Shown here in pieces: positions 48,951-62,623 of a stretch of DNA of 64,000 bases (position 1 is its first letter; every line of letters begins with the position of its first letter). Location: contig MU057357.1 in NCBI GenBank assembly GCA_013239625.1, forward strand, positions 55,278,515 to 55,342,514, in the 5' to 3' direction. The stretch comes from Lama guanicoe. Its lineage: Eukaryota. The notes beneath the pieces were generated by a model. The model had not been told where the DNA came from and made no database searches. It saw only the letters and a program-made list of their open reading frames with translations. The position numbers were made by a program, and so were the translations under genes.

Positions 48951-51554
48951 AAATTGAAATAGAGCAACTATGAGGAAGGCTCTTGAAGTATATTGCAAAA
49001 GGAACCAGCTCAAATGGTAAATCAATGGACTTCTAGAACCACATTAGTATTCAACATCCTTCTGGTGGATCCAAAAGTCATCTCACTTCAAACACTGGAC
49101 AGGGGTGCAGTCCAAATGTACAAAGGACTAAGAATTGACATTAGCATCCCAGCACTGTGAGTTTGTTCCCAAGTTCGGCCCAACTCCACACAAACCTGGG
49201 CTTTAGGGCTGGGAGACTGGCTCTGGGTTGGCTACAGACCGGGACGTTATAAAAAGGGCATTTAATGGAAGGATTAGAGCACCATCTGTTCATGAGTCAG
49301 CAAAACCAGGGTATTTCCATCATCTGTTTTAATTGTTTGCATAGGAGCCTTGCTTCACTTGTTGTCAGAGGCCTCCAGGGCAAACTCAAGAGTCCAATCA
49401 ACAGTGTAAACTGCAAACTTGAAATCATTAAACATAATGCCCTGAAGAAAAGGGTGAAAAAAGAGCTGTCAAAACAATTTAGAAGTACTCATTTCCTTAA
49501 AACGAGTCTCCCGAATAGTTAAACTGTCCTCCTATATATTCAGGTCATTATTTAATCCAATAAAGGGGATCGGCATTTGTTTCATGTCAAAAAAAGCAGC
49601 TTTTCCCCTGAACACATTTCCCTTGTCCAAGACGGCCATTCCTCCAGGGACATCCAACATTAGTATGCAAATGCCCTTGGTTAGAAACAGCTCTTACATT
49701 ACTACCTTGTGTGCTTTATGTCTTTAATTTGTATTCAATTGCACTTAAAACTCTACCACTTCTCTGGAAGTCAACCTTGGGGCAAAATCTGAACACTGTT
49801 GCTGACCAAATGCCATCCTCACCAAACTAAAATAACCCTTGTTCTGCAATTCTGAGGGCTTCCCCACCCAAATCCCTGCAAAACCACTCAACTCAAATGC
49901 AGGAAATAATTGTCAAGAGATCCTCTATTGTCAAGAGATTTATAAAAATGCCTGAAATTAAGGAAGATTACTTAGTCGAGGTTCTGTTCAAAAAGCTTGA
50001 GATGCGGAGCATGTCTCCAGCTTTAAGCAGAGAATTTTGGGGATGCCATAAAAATCAGAGATTAAAACTAAAGCTTGCAAAACAGAATGAGTACCCAATG
50101 TTTCTCCTACTTCGTACTACAAAATAAGATCTCATATGGAGGGTGGAAAAGAAAGCCAAAGTGTACATATTTGTAAAGTCGGGAGCTACAGAGGCAAATA
50201 TAAAAAGGGAAAAAGGGCAGAGTTTACTTGGTTGAGTGAAAATTGTATTTTAAGCTCCTATCTCTACTTTTGATAGTCTAGAAGTGCTATTTCTGATAAA
50301 GGAACAGCCTGAACCAGCTGTTGTGATACTAAACTTTCTTCCCCCAAAATATTCACTTCACTTATTTTACTTCTCTGCTGCTCACAAATACAAAATCAGC
50401 AGCTTTCCTTAGTTGCTCATCCAGAAAGAGCCAAAAAAAAAAAAGAAGAAGAAAAAGAGAAATGGAAAAAACATTCTGCTGCATTTGAATATGTCTTGAT
50501 TTATATTGTTGATTTGTAATATTTTATCTACTATTATGTTGTATTTCACTCTAAAAAACCCATACTTGCTGTGAAATTATTTATATAATGCTCTGTCATT
50601 TAAAAGTACCTTTTAAATTCATTATTAATGTATTTCTAATGGCCTCTGAGGTTATTGCCATCATTTTTTCTTTTTACCTATTTCACTTGGAAGGAGAGAG
50701 AAGCCTAGAGTTGTTACGTTCCATTGTATTTCTAAGATCATACAGTTCCCCAGCAAAGTGCAGTCAAACACCTCTCACATATATCTTGGGCTCTTTCTAC
50801 TATAAATTTCTTAGAATTTACAAGTATTTACAAATTCTTTTTTCCTAAATATTAAATTAGACCGAACAGAAAGGTCTTTGCTCTCTTATACCACATAGTG
50901 TATTTGATAAAAATGGCTCTATGAACACAGAACTATCTGTAGAAGCATTTTTATAGAAATCTAATACATGGATTTCCAATACATAAAAATACAAATTTAT
51001 TTGATATTCACTGAATTATCAAACATGAGTCACAATTACACTAGAGGCTATCAGCACTTGAGTACATAGTACAGTGTTGTTTTGAAAAGTGAAATAACAT
51101 GCATAAAGTGCTTTAAGACAGAACTTTACACACAGTAGGCAATATATGTGAGAACTGCTACAGTTACCATCATTATTGTTTATATTCATAGATAATAGCT
51201 AACTCCCTTTGGTACTGGTATCAAGTCCCATTATATGCACACAAAATGAAAAATATAAGAAACTTGCAGAATAAAGGCACCATCTATATCTAAACATGAA
51301 ATCCATATTGACTTGAAGACAGGAAGACAGAAATGAGATTCTAGGATTGATCAAATGTTGATAAAAAGAAGGCATGTACCATCATGCTATTCACATAAAG
51401 ACATAAACTGAAAATCCAGGAACCATGATGTAAAAACGCTGAAGACCATCAGAAAGAAAGCAAAAAGAATGTCCTCAAAGTGACATCTTTAGAGGCAGAT
51501 GGTGTGGAAGAATAATAGCATACTTAAAATGTAACAGAATTGGTGATAGAATCA

Positions 51555-51690
51555 TCCAGATATCTGTATCTATATTAATTATCCCCAGTTCACAGGTGAA
51601 AAAGCTCCAGGAAAGTTTAAGTAACTTACCTAATATCAAAAAGCTAGTAAAAGTCAGAGACAAACTCCAAACCCAAACTGTCCAATCTCT
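51555..51690 (-). mobile_element. MIR SINE
   Basis: ATTATCCCCAGTTCACAGGTGAAAAAGCT...GTTTAAGTAACTTACC. Confidence 0.65.
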
Positions 51691-52049
51691 CTCACTAATC
51701 TTTATTTTAGATGAAATTGTTTATATTTTTACATTCCTTTCTGTAACTTCATTTCTATGTAAACTTAAGAGCAATAAAGAGTATGTTAGTCTCGATTCAA
51801 TGTCAAATTATAAGGAAAAGCAGGTTTCTGAGAAAAGACATAAATGAGAGCCTTTGGGTGAAATATCTATCTTTGCCCTCAGGTTTAATGAATATAAAAT
51901 GCTGACCATGGAGAGAGACAATCTAGTATATTCCAATAAAAATCAAAATTATTTGAATTTGTGTAATTTTGTGGCCACAAATATTCACAAGGATTCTTAA
52001 TCTTTTTGGCAAGAATTGCTTAGGCAGAATAATGTCTGTAAATGCATAA

Positions 52050-53560
52050 AATATCAGATTAAATAAAATATTCAGGTAATTGGGTATTTAGCAAGAAAAC
52101 TCTAAGAAAAAAACTTAGGTGACAAAACTTCTCAGAATGAAAACTAGGTAATATTTTGAATTAAATGAAAATCAAGAATCAAGAATCTGAGCTTTCATCT
52201 CAAAAACCTAGGAAAATATGGTAACTCAATTTTAAGAAGAAATAGAAAAAGAGAATGTTAATAAGAAATCATTGAGAAAAGTGGCAGACATACAATAGGG
52301 AGCCTCAATAAAGCCAAAAGTTTATTGTTTGAAAAACTTTTAAAGTGTTGAATAGGAATAATAAAAGGGACATCATTATAGATCTTGCAGATATTACAAA
52401 GACATATTACAAACAACTTTGCATCAATAAATTTGACAACCTATAATAAATAAACAGATTTCTTGGAAACACAACTGACCAAAACTGATATAAGAAAAAG
52501 CAGAAAAAACAGTGATATATCAGATAAAAAAATTAGACTTGCAATTGAAACCTGCTGCAAACTAAGTGTTCTTCAGCAAATAAATGGATAAAGAAAGTGT
52601 AGTAGATAGATATATAGAGAGACAGATAAATAGATACAATGGAATATTAATCAGCCATAAAAAAGACAATCCTGCCATTTGCAACAACATGGATGAACAT
52701 GGAGGGCATTATGTTGAGTGAAATAAGCTGATTTCACATCAACAGAAAATAGGACAGTGGTTGCCAGGGCCTAGGGAAGGCGAGTGGGGTGATGTAGATC
52801 AAAGGGTACAAGCTTGTCACTACAAGAATAAGTTCTGAGGATCTAATGTATGGCATAGTGACTATAGTTTATAATACGGTACTATATACTTGAAAGTTGC
52901 TGAGAGTAGATCTTAAGCATTCTTATCATGAAAAAAAAAGTTAATAACTATGTTAACTATGTGAGGTGATGGATGTATTAATTATCTTTAACTTGGTAAT
53001 CATTCTACAATATATATGTATATCAAATCAACATCTTGTACAACTTAAATACATACAATTTTATTTGTCAACTGTTCCTCAAAAAAATAACGATAAAAAC
53101 CTGCTTCAACAAAAACTCCAGACCCAGATAACTTCCCCAGTGAATTATACCAAACATTTAAGGCGGAAATAATATCAGTCTTATACAAGTTCCTTCAAAT
53201 AGAGAAAAGTTCTTCCCAAATGGTTTCATGAAACTAGAACAACTTCACAACCAACTTGCCAAGGGATGAATGGCGATATATATATATATACACACACTAA
53301 TAAATCTTATAAAAATAGATGAAAAATCCTAAGTAAATTCTAAATCAAATTCATCATTATATAAAAAGAATAGTATATTATATTTTGAAGTATTTATTGA
53401 AGGAATATATATTCAAGATTTATCAAAGGAATGCTAGGTTGGTTAAACACCCAATACCTAATGTGACTTACACATCAATGGAATAAAAGAAAAAATAACT
53501 ATTCAGTAGATGCAGAAATAGTATTTGATAGAAATCAACACTCATTCATAACACTAGAAA
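52050..53560 (+). mobile_element. Old L1 ORF2 fragment (host of nested L1MA insertion)
   Basis: CTCAATAAAGCCAAAAG; AACAACTTTGCATCAATAAATTTGACAACC; AAAACTCCAGACCCAGATAACTTC...TACCAAACATTTAAGG; GGAATGCTAGGTTGGTTAAAC; AGTAGATGCAGAAATAGTATTTGATA. Confidence 0.8.
52561..53096 (+). mobile_element. L1MA9-like 3' end nested in older L1, with TSD
   Basis: CCTGCCATTTGCAACAACATGGATGAAC...AATAAGTTCTGAGGATCTAATGTA...ACTATGTGAGGTGATGGATG; TSD AAACCTGCTGCAA (52548-52560) / AAACCTGCTTCAA (53097-53109). Confidence 0.85.
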
Positions 53561-55708
53561 TATAACAACACTTTGCAATTTTTCTATTAATCTAACACTA
53601 TTCTAAAGTGTAAATAAAAAGTTTATTTAAAAGTATATATATATACTTTTAAATGGAAAATATATATTATTAGTGGAAAAATGGGCAAAATTCAAATTAA
53701 GTATGTAGTAAAGAATTACTGAGTTAATGTTTATCCTGATTCTGACAATTATACTATAGCTATGAAAGAGATTAACATCAAGAGAAACTAGGTGAAGTGT
53801 AAGTGGGGATTCTCTATATTATTTATGAAACTTCTGTAGATATAAAATCATCTCAAAATAATATTTTTTAAAAGAAAAGATAAGACAAATTTCATGGGTA
53901 AATGAGCATCTATGTATCATATAACTGAAGTAAATACATTAAAATTTTTGGAAATGTCATCAGAATGAAATTTAAAATTTGTCATATATTAATCCCAAAA
54001 TTTTTCCTCTCTCCTACCTCACCCCTGAAGTAGCCTCTGGAAGCCTTTTCTAGCTCCATTTTTAGAGTTTTCAGATATAGTGGGTTTTCAAAATGTAATT
54101 TTAAAATTGTAAGTACAAGCCATTCCCATGGTTAAAACAAACCAAGGAGAAAAATAATTTCCCACCGGAAATTAAAACTTGGGTGAAAGACAAGGCATTT
54201 CTGCTTCAGTGCTGAGATCCAGAACTAATCCTACAATTAAGATGATTTCTTAACCATCTTACATCTGAGTAAAGGCAACAATAAAGAAAAAACAAGTGAA
54301 ATAAAAGAGGCATTTTCACTAATGTTAGTGTTAACAAAATTTTAATAAGCCAACATGCCATGCTGTTTCTAAACGGCTTCAAGTCAATCAGAAATGCTGC
54401 TATTAATAAACACTTATGGGGCAGTATAATTGGTGTAACCTGTATTGAAAGCAATGGGGAAGCTATCACATCATTGGCCTTTGACCTTGTAATTATAGTT
54501 TTAGCAATCCGTTACAAAGAATATTTCAATGACTCAAAAAGGCTTGCTACAAAAACAATGTTCATTACATTATAATTCACTAGACAAAATTTGTGTCTGA
54601 TAAGAGAGGATTAGGGTCTTCATCTAAGGTCGATAATAATAACAATCAAATAGGATTGCTGTTTTAGGACAAACCTGGTACATAAAAACTGCTTAATATT
54701 ACTTCTACTGAACTGTCTCATATACTATACATCTATTAAATATGATTTGTTATTTTTCATGTATGTCTTTTTTCTGAGTGTCATTCATCTTTGAACTCTA
54801 TTCATGATATTTTCTGCATCTAGTCATATAGATAGATAATCTGCATCTAGTCATATTATAAATAGCTTTCTTTAACTACAGAGTTCTGTTTTTACATCCA
54901 GCAGTTTAATAGAATCCCAAATTTCCTAATACTTCGTGTCTTACTTAATGTCTTACTGGAACAATTATTATCCCAATTTTGCAGTTGAGGAGATCAAGGT
55001 ACCTAGAGGTACCAAAGTTTATGTAAGATATTACAAGAGTAACTATTTGAGAAATGTTTGGACCTAACAAATAATATGTGTTTGAGAAACTTTATATATA
55101 TATAAAGTATATATAGTATAGTAAGGACTCAGGAAAGGCTACTGGTTAGTCATTGTTGTGATCACCATTATTATCATCAAATGAAGTTTCATTATATTTC
55201 CTATCCTCACAGTTAAGGATGCACCAGATAGATAATTCCTAGTAAACTAATATTTTACATCATAGAGTTTAGTCTTAACTAGAAACATCTCTCTCCATTT
55301 CTTCAAGTTTTATTTATATCCTTCTACAAAGCTTCATATTTTTTGTGTGTCTTCCATCTTTCTTAGAACTCTTATGTATTTTGTAGTTTGTGTGGTAGTT
55401 TATGTTGTTGTTGTGAATGGATTTGATTTTCCCATCACATTTCTTAATTGGTTATTAGTGTTGCAAAGGGAAACTACTGATTTTTGCTGTATTACTTTTA
55501 TAATGACAATGGTATATTTTAAAAGAAAAGCAATCTCAATTTGAGTACACCAATATGTCATTTGTGTATTCAAGATTACTTTTTGTTCTGCACTCAAGAT
55601 AACACCAACCCATCTAACTTGCATGAACAGTTAGAAGAAGGAATTAACTGAAATGAAAACTTTAAAAAGCTATATTTCTTTAAATGTATTAAAAGAAATT
55701 TTAATAGA

Positions 55709-56079
55709 TGTTATGGGATGAATTGTGTCCCCTCAAAATTCTTATAAGTCCTAGTTAACCCCACCACTTCAGAATGTGACTGTAATGGGAGATAGGGCTT
55801 TCAACGGAGTAATTACATTGAAAAGAGATCCCAGGTGGGCCCTGCTCCCATAGGGCTGATGTCATAGAAAGAAGAGGTAAGANNNNNNNNNNNNNNNNNN
55901 NNNNNNNNNNNNNNNNNNNNNNNNNNNNNNNNNNNNNNNNNNNNNNNNNNNNNNNNNNNNNNNNNNNNNNNNNNNNNNNNNNNNNNNNNNNNNNNNNNNN
56001 NNNNNNNNNNNNNNNNNNNNNNNNNNNNNNNNNNNNNNNNNNNNNNNNNNNNNNNNNAAGGCAGCCCTAGCAAACTACA
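55709..56079 (+). mobile_element. MaLR solo LTR (MLT1A/B-like) spanning a gap
   Basis: TGTTATGGGATGAATTGTGTCCCCTCAAAATT...CAGAATGTGACTGTA.TGGGAGATAGGGC; GGCAGCCCTAGCAAACTA. Confidence 0.85.
55883..56057. other. Assembly gap (N run)
   Basis: 175 N. Confidence 1.
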
Positions 56080-56229
56080 ATAATAGATGCAAACAATTTA
56101 CCCTTTTTTTTCCCTGGAAGATATAATTCTATGGCTTTATTATATATTATGAGAGATCATTTTTGTCTTTCAGCCTCTTACAGTGAAATGTAACAAATAC
56201 GCAGTAAGGAGTTCACAATAAAGATGTAT

Positions 56230-56570
56230 ATTATATCTCAATGGATGCAAATCACACAGGGTATGTTCTTTGTGTGGAAAGCAATTAAGATAGATATTAC
56301 AAATGAAGTTTAAATTGAAATGCCACATATTTGGGAAAACTAAAAAATACAGTTCTAAATACCCTAGCTTAAAAATGGTTAGAAAATAGGAAATATTTTT
56401 ATATTTAATAAAAAAATGATATTATTCCAATTTGTGAGACAGAGCTAAAGCTTTCCTTAGAGGAAACTTAGTATCTTAACGGAAAGTGTATAGCATATAC
56501 CTGAAAAGAAAGAAATGCTGAAGGTCAACAGGCTAAACTTCTGTCTCAAAAACTTAGGAAAAATCAAATG
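56230..56570 (+). mobile_element. Old L1 ORF2 fragment
   Basis: AATTTGTGAGACAGAGCTAAAGCTTTCCTTAGAGGAAACTTA...GAAAAGAAAGAAA; matches the L1 post-endonuclease region. Confidence 0.6.
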
Positions 56571-57114
56571 TCATCCAAGCATTATAATTTTCAAGCAATA
56601 TGGATAATAAAGTTTTTCTCATGATAATGATCATATATACAAAGTTCTATTTGCCAAGTCTCAAATACAAATTTTCAAGATTCATTTGAAGAAAAATAAT
56701 TCCTTAATCACTGAAGGTAAAAGTGAAAAAACTAATTTCTCATGAGAAAATATAGGCCATTACGAAAATTTCTGTTGTCATTCTAGCTACACAACTTGTA
56801 TCTTTTTTCACTCCAATCATGATCTATGAAGAAAAGGATTGTAATTAGGAAACTAGTAAAAGCCTCTGGTTGGTAACAAATCCACAGGAGTGAACCAAAG
56901 CCCTGTCTTTAATCAGTTCTCCCTTGTGATAAAGTCGTGTAAGAGGCATAAGCATCCACGAGATTGAGGACAAACTGATAACGTAGTGTTTTTGTTATTG
57001 TTGCTTATGTGTTTATTTGTCTATTTATTTATGCCAGGCTGACGTGAAACGATGGAATTAGGCCACAGTTTAGAACCTATGCCAAGAAACAGTATAATTT
57101 CAAGGTAAGAATTC

Positions 57115-57452
57115 ACAGAAAGTCACACGGAAAACAAACTTACGGTTACCAAAGGGGAAAGGGTGGAGGTGAATGATAAATTAGCTATTAGCTATTTGGG
57201 ATGAGCAGATATAAACTACTATATATAAAACAGGTAAACAGCAAGGTCCTACTGCATAGCACAGGGAACCATATTCAATATCTTGAAATAACCTATAATG
57301 AAAAAGAATATATGTGCATGTGTGTATATATACGTGTGTGTGTGTGTGTGTGTGTATGTATATATATATATATAAAACTGAATCACTATGCTGTATACCA
57401 GAAACTAACACAGCATTGTAAATCAACTAAACTTCAATAAATAAAAATAATT
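57115..57452 (+). mobile_element. Cetartiodactyl/camelid L1 3' end containing a (TG)n(TA)n microsatellite
   Basis: AAACAAACTTACGGTTACCAAAGGGGAAAGGG...AAGGTCCTACTGCATAGCACAGGGAACCATATTCAATATCTTG...ACTGAATCACTATGCTGTATACCAGAAACTAACACAGCATTGTAAATCAACTA.ACTTCAATAAA. Confidence 0.9.
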
Positions 57453-60400
57453 AATAGTAAGTCATACAAAAAGAATTCTAATCAGTTTTGAAATATGTTA
57501 CCATTGAATTAGAACAAAATTTTAAATTTTTAAAAGTTCTATAATTCACATATTTGTTTTATATGAAAGTTTATTTAGTATAGATATTTTAATTATATTA
57601 GCAGTAATTAGTAGTACAATACTATTATGAATTAGCAAAGCTTATGACCATACCCTGTAGATACTGAAGCTAAAATGGAGGCTTTGTTAATCACCTGATT
57701 AATTATAGCAGCATCATATAATTGTGTTCAAATAAAATATAAAGAAGCTTTTTACACGGACCTTGTTCATTTATATGTTGCACACAATGTTTATGTAGGT
57801 CTACTGTTTAATATTGTTCAATGGGAGAAATATAAGAAGAGGAAAACTTCTGAAAATGTAACATCTTACTTAAAAGGCATAGTTTTCAGTTTTGAGTCTA
57901 TAAAAAGGTAGGCGAGTGAATATTTATTTGGTGGCTAACATATACTCATCATCACTCCCTCAGAAATAACCTGTTCCCATTTTATATGAGAGAAATAAGT
58001 ATCAGAGAAATCATATTTCTGTGCCAAGTCATAAAACTAAGCAATAAAACCAGTATTGAAGCACAGTTTAAAATACAGAAAAGCAAATGATAAAATATCT
58101 TGGGTTACAACCCTCTGTGATGAGTTACATTCTCATAGAGTTCAACAGTTTTGGGTTATATCCATGCAGCATTACGACAATCAGATGCAACCAAAGATTA
58201 CTTTGCATGTTTGAACATAGCGTACCTGTAAACATTGAGACGGACAGAAAATTGGGTTACCATCCTAGGGGCTGGCAAGCTAACTACTTTCATAAACCAT
58301 GATGAAACAGATCTCCTAAAATTTTGATCAAATCCAACTTTTCCATGGACATACATACGAGCCTGCTACTGACATAGATATCTGAAAACTTTAACTAATT
58401 TGGAGGTAGGTCATTTGGTATCATCTAAACACATTTAAAAGGTCTCTTACTTGTCAGTGAATCTATTTAGTGGTCAGTGGCTAAATTTCTAAATAATAAT
58501 TTATACAAAATTATTAGCTTCCATAAGAACAGACTGACTTCTATGTTGACACAGTTCACTCCACCCACTGCCCATTCCAATCAAAATTAAAAGCAGTGAG
58601 TCTTATTAGGTGATACATCTGGTAACTTTTAAAAATAAAATGGGAAGAAGGATTCTTGCTAATATTGGATAATGAAAATATTAATAGTCCTCTATTGCAA
58701 TGAATCTGGTCAGCTGAAACCTGTGCTTTGTAAGCCACTTCACTTCTCACCATTGAGCTAGGGGAAAGTCACGTAGCTAACAGATCATTGCTAATGTGTC
58801 CAAATCTGTAGCACATTCACCAAATGTCTAATCTCCTAAGACTGCATGAAACAATTTGTATTTCCAAGTATATAAGTTTTCTCACTGAAAGTTTCAGTTA
58901 AAATAAAAGTTTATCACTTCTTCCTGAGCATGTAAATTACTACTTATTTTATTTTCCTAACACATCTGAATAAACTAGAAGTTTCTAAACAATTTGTCAA
59001 TAATGTATGTCTGATAGTTTTCAATTCACTCATATTTCTTCTAAACTAGATCTTACAATTGGATGAGTTTGGTTCTAAGATACAGGGCAAAGGGCACCAG
59101 GCAAATGTCACATAGAATTGCTTCTTCATTTGCTCTCACTAGATAATATCAAACACAGTAACAATCTGAAAGGAAAAACCAACCTCTACCAGAGAACCCA
59201 CATGTAACTTTTGACTTTTTAGTTGTTGACAGGGACAATCAAGATGAGCTATCGCACTTCTAACAGGCCAACACATTTTAATTTTTTACAGTTTTATTTA
59301 AAAGGCCACTGTATCCCTAGCACACGAAAGAGAAAAAAATCAGGCAATCAATTTTAAATTGATTTAAAAATGAGTCACATTATTTTTTTTAATATTGTTT
59401 AACAGGCATATTGCAATAGGTGGGAATTTGGTTCATGAATTCAAGCAGAAAAAAGTCAAAATATAAATTTTTAAAAATCAAAATAATCAAATAGGGTTTA
59501 TTTCTTCTTCTCACAAAAGGAGGCCAGAAAATTCTAACCTCCTCATGTGTTATATTTTGGGGTGGGAGGTGCTGGGGCAAGGACTCTCAACAAGGGATCT
59601 CTAGGGATTTATCAGAGTCCCAGGGGGGCCTATTTTGTCCAGAAAACTTGAAGAAGACTGTGGGGATGCTCCCTGACCAAGCACATGTGTTCACCAAAGG
59701 TGAACTGCTTTCCTGCCTTGGGAACTGGAATCTTTCACCATATTTCCCAAAGTCACGGTTCCTTGGTATTCGGCTCTCAGTAGCTGAATATCACACCATC
59801 AAACATCTGGCCTTCCTTTGGGGGCTGTAAAGGGGTCTGAGCTCAAACGAAGTTTTGCCATTTCTAAGACCTCCAGCTTTAGCCCATTTCTCTTTAGAAA
59901 GTATATTCATGTTGGGCTATTTGTCCTTTTCAAATTAAAGCAATAACCTCTTCTTTCTCTTATCTGGGACAGGCATGAAATTACAAAGGTGTTACTTGTA
60001 GTGAGGGCAGACGTGGGTAAGGTAAGGAGAGCTCAGACTTTCAGAAACATTAACTTGGGGCCCTACCACCCCACTTCCGCCCCCATCTTCCCACAATAGT
60101 GACAGAAAACAGAGTAGATTCATGCTTCCCTAATGGGGCCACAGCAACAATAACAAAAAAATTCTGGACAGTAGTTTTCTTCTTAAAAATATACCTTGTT
60201 GCATAAATTTTATAAACAGATAATCAAAAAGATAAAAAGTGAAGTAGAACACTAATTAAATTTTCTCAATTTCCCCCTCAAGAATTATTTAGCCTATGTC
60301 TCACAACTCTTCTGTTTTGCAAACCATTCTAAAAGAAAGAGAGCATATAGCCTTAATCACACTGATAAATGAGTAAAAGGAGTAATTGTTAACAGCTCAA

Positions 60401-61074
60401 GAGGTATACATTTTATGACAAGTGTTTAATAGTGACCTCTCAAGAGAGGCATTATTTTCAATTCACTTCTTACTTAATAGACTATAAAGTACGAGTCTAA
60501 AGTGGTTTATGCAATAAAAAGAGTGCTGCAAGTTCGGTGTGCACCCCCTACTGTACAAAAGGAACGTTCTGGGGCTTCCCTGATCTTCCAACAGCAACAG
60601 CAGAAAGCAGTTTGCTTGTTAGAAGCTCTTACTGTCATTTTACAACAGGCAGGCTAGATTTTATTGCTATGATCTGAGCAGCGCGCTGTTACTGCTCATT
60701 TAGATAAAAATACTGTCCGTATCATTATAGTGTAATAAGTTAGAAAATTTATTGTACAAATGATTTTCCAGGAGGTCATAGCAAGAAATACCCAAGAGAA
60801 GAGTTTGGTGTTTATTAGTTTCCTATGTAGCTTCAAAAGCCTTTATGAACATTTTTGTGCTCACTGTGATTCCTTTTCAAAATAAATAAATTTCAAATAC
60901 ATATACAGTAAAGGTGTATACGTCTATCTTTACCACAAGCAATAATAATGGGGATAATAGCACGAAATGTCTCTATAATTTGAGTACATATTTGTCTAAG
61001 AATCAAAAATCTCATAAAATTCTGTAGAAGGGAACCAGTTAATAGATTGTATATATTTTATAAATAAAAGTTCA

Positions 61075-61430
61075 GAGAGACTTGCACTTCTGGGAAGACA
61101 GAGTAAATAAACTTTTATCCCTGTTTCTCCAGTTAAGTAAAACTAAAAACCCTGGACTTTATGTATAAAGCAAACATAAGAAAACTGAAAGAGTAAGAGG
61201 CAAAATGGCAGTGGATCTCAGGACCCAAGGAAAGCCACGGTAATTATTTCACTGGGTTTTCTTTTTGCTTCGTACATTCCAGACTTGGAACAAAAGAACT
61301 TACAACCAAGAAACGCCAATGAGCACAGACATGAAAAGCCCCCAAAAAAGCCTGCTCTCTCTAGTCGAGAATGAGAAAAAGGGCAGACCAGCAAGACGGA
61401 AAGCTGTCAGGCAATAATCTTACTCCGGCT
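61075..61430 (+). mobile_element. L1M 5'-end fragment
   Basis: GAGACTTGCACTTCTGGGAAGA...AACTAAAAACCCTGGAC..TATGTATAAAGCAAACATAAGAAAACTGAAAG, resembling the L1M4/L1MC 5' end. Confidence 0.65.
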
Positions 61431-62428
61431 TTGTTCTGCTCTTCTCTCAGTCCTCACCAACATCACTTTTCCCTCAACCCTACAGGAGAAAATTCTTACT
61501 TAACCTAAGTAACTGCTCTCCCAGGTTTATCGAGGTTACAAACACTGAAGCCAAGCAGAGGGACAGAGGAGCCTAAGTGGACCATGACGTTAGCAGACAG
61601 TCTTCAAGTATTCCTATCACCTTCTCTAAGGGGGAAGAAGGTTCCTGTGAGGTCCATAGTGAGCAATATCTCTTTGCTCTGAAGCAAATTTCACCTTCAG
61701 TTTTTTTGTGTTTTGAATTTCTCCATCCTGATTTCTCCTTCACTCCATTTCATTGGTTTGACACACTTTGGAAATTCATCAAAATGTCTTACTTACTGAT
61801 TGTACCCTTTCCTGCTTCCCAGGATTCTTCTGTGGACTCATTTCTCTGCACATACATTTTTCTGTCATTCAATGAAATTTGGGGCACGAAGAGAGCTAAA
61901 CTCATGTTCAACCTGCCACCTTAAACCACAAGTCAATACTCTAAGTAAAGCTGTTTTCAGCTATGATTCTCCACATAAATACTGGAATTCTTTATTTATT
62001 TTTTTTTTTTTGCTCAAACTTTCATCCAATTCCACCTATTTCCATAAGTAGAAGATTTGAAGGATAAAATGACCATGTCCTAATATCAATAAAACAATTC
62101 AATTCTTAGAATTTTAACACAATCAATTCCTTGTGACTCATTTAAAGAAGACAAAAGAAAATGCCTTAGAGGGAAGGGGGAGGAAGAGCAAAATGTTCAT
62201 TAAAATTGCTTATTGGGCAAATATGGCACAAAATGGGATTACAGAGCAACCTGGAGATAACCCAGCAGTGTAGCATACTAGTTACCAACACGTGGTGTGG
62301 AGGCAGACCGCAAGGGCTCACATCTCAGAGGCACCATTAGCTTGCTGTGTGGCTTTGGGGAAGTTACTTAACTTCTCTGACAATTAGTTCCATCACCTGT
62401 AAAATGTGATTAACAGTGTCTACCTGGT

Positions 62429-62489
62429 GGGGAGGGTATAGCTCAAGTGGTAGAGCGCATGCTTAGCGTGCATGAGGTTCTGGGTTCAA
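62429..62489 (+). mobile_element. Camelid tRNA-derived SINE (Vic-1-like), 5' part
   Basis: GGGGAGGGTATAGCTCAAGTGGTAGAGCGCATGCTTAGCGTGCATGAGGTTCTGGGTTCAA, then N gap. Confidence 0.9.
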
Positions 62490-62623
62490 NNNNNNNNNNN
62501 NNNNNNNNNNNNNNNNNNNNNNNNNNNNNNNNNNNNNNNNNNNNNNNNNNNNNNNNNNNNNNNNNNNNNNNNNNNNNNNNNNNNNNNNNNNNNNNNNNNN
62601 NNNNNNNNNNNNNNNNNNNNNNN
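62490..62623. other. Assembly gap (N run)
   Basis: 134 N. Confidence 1.
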
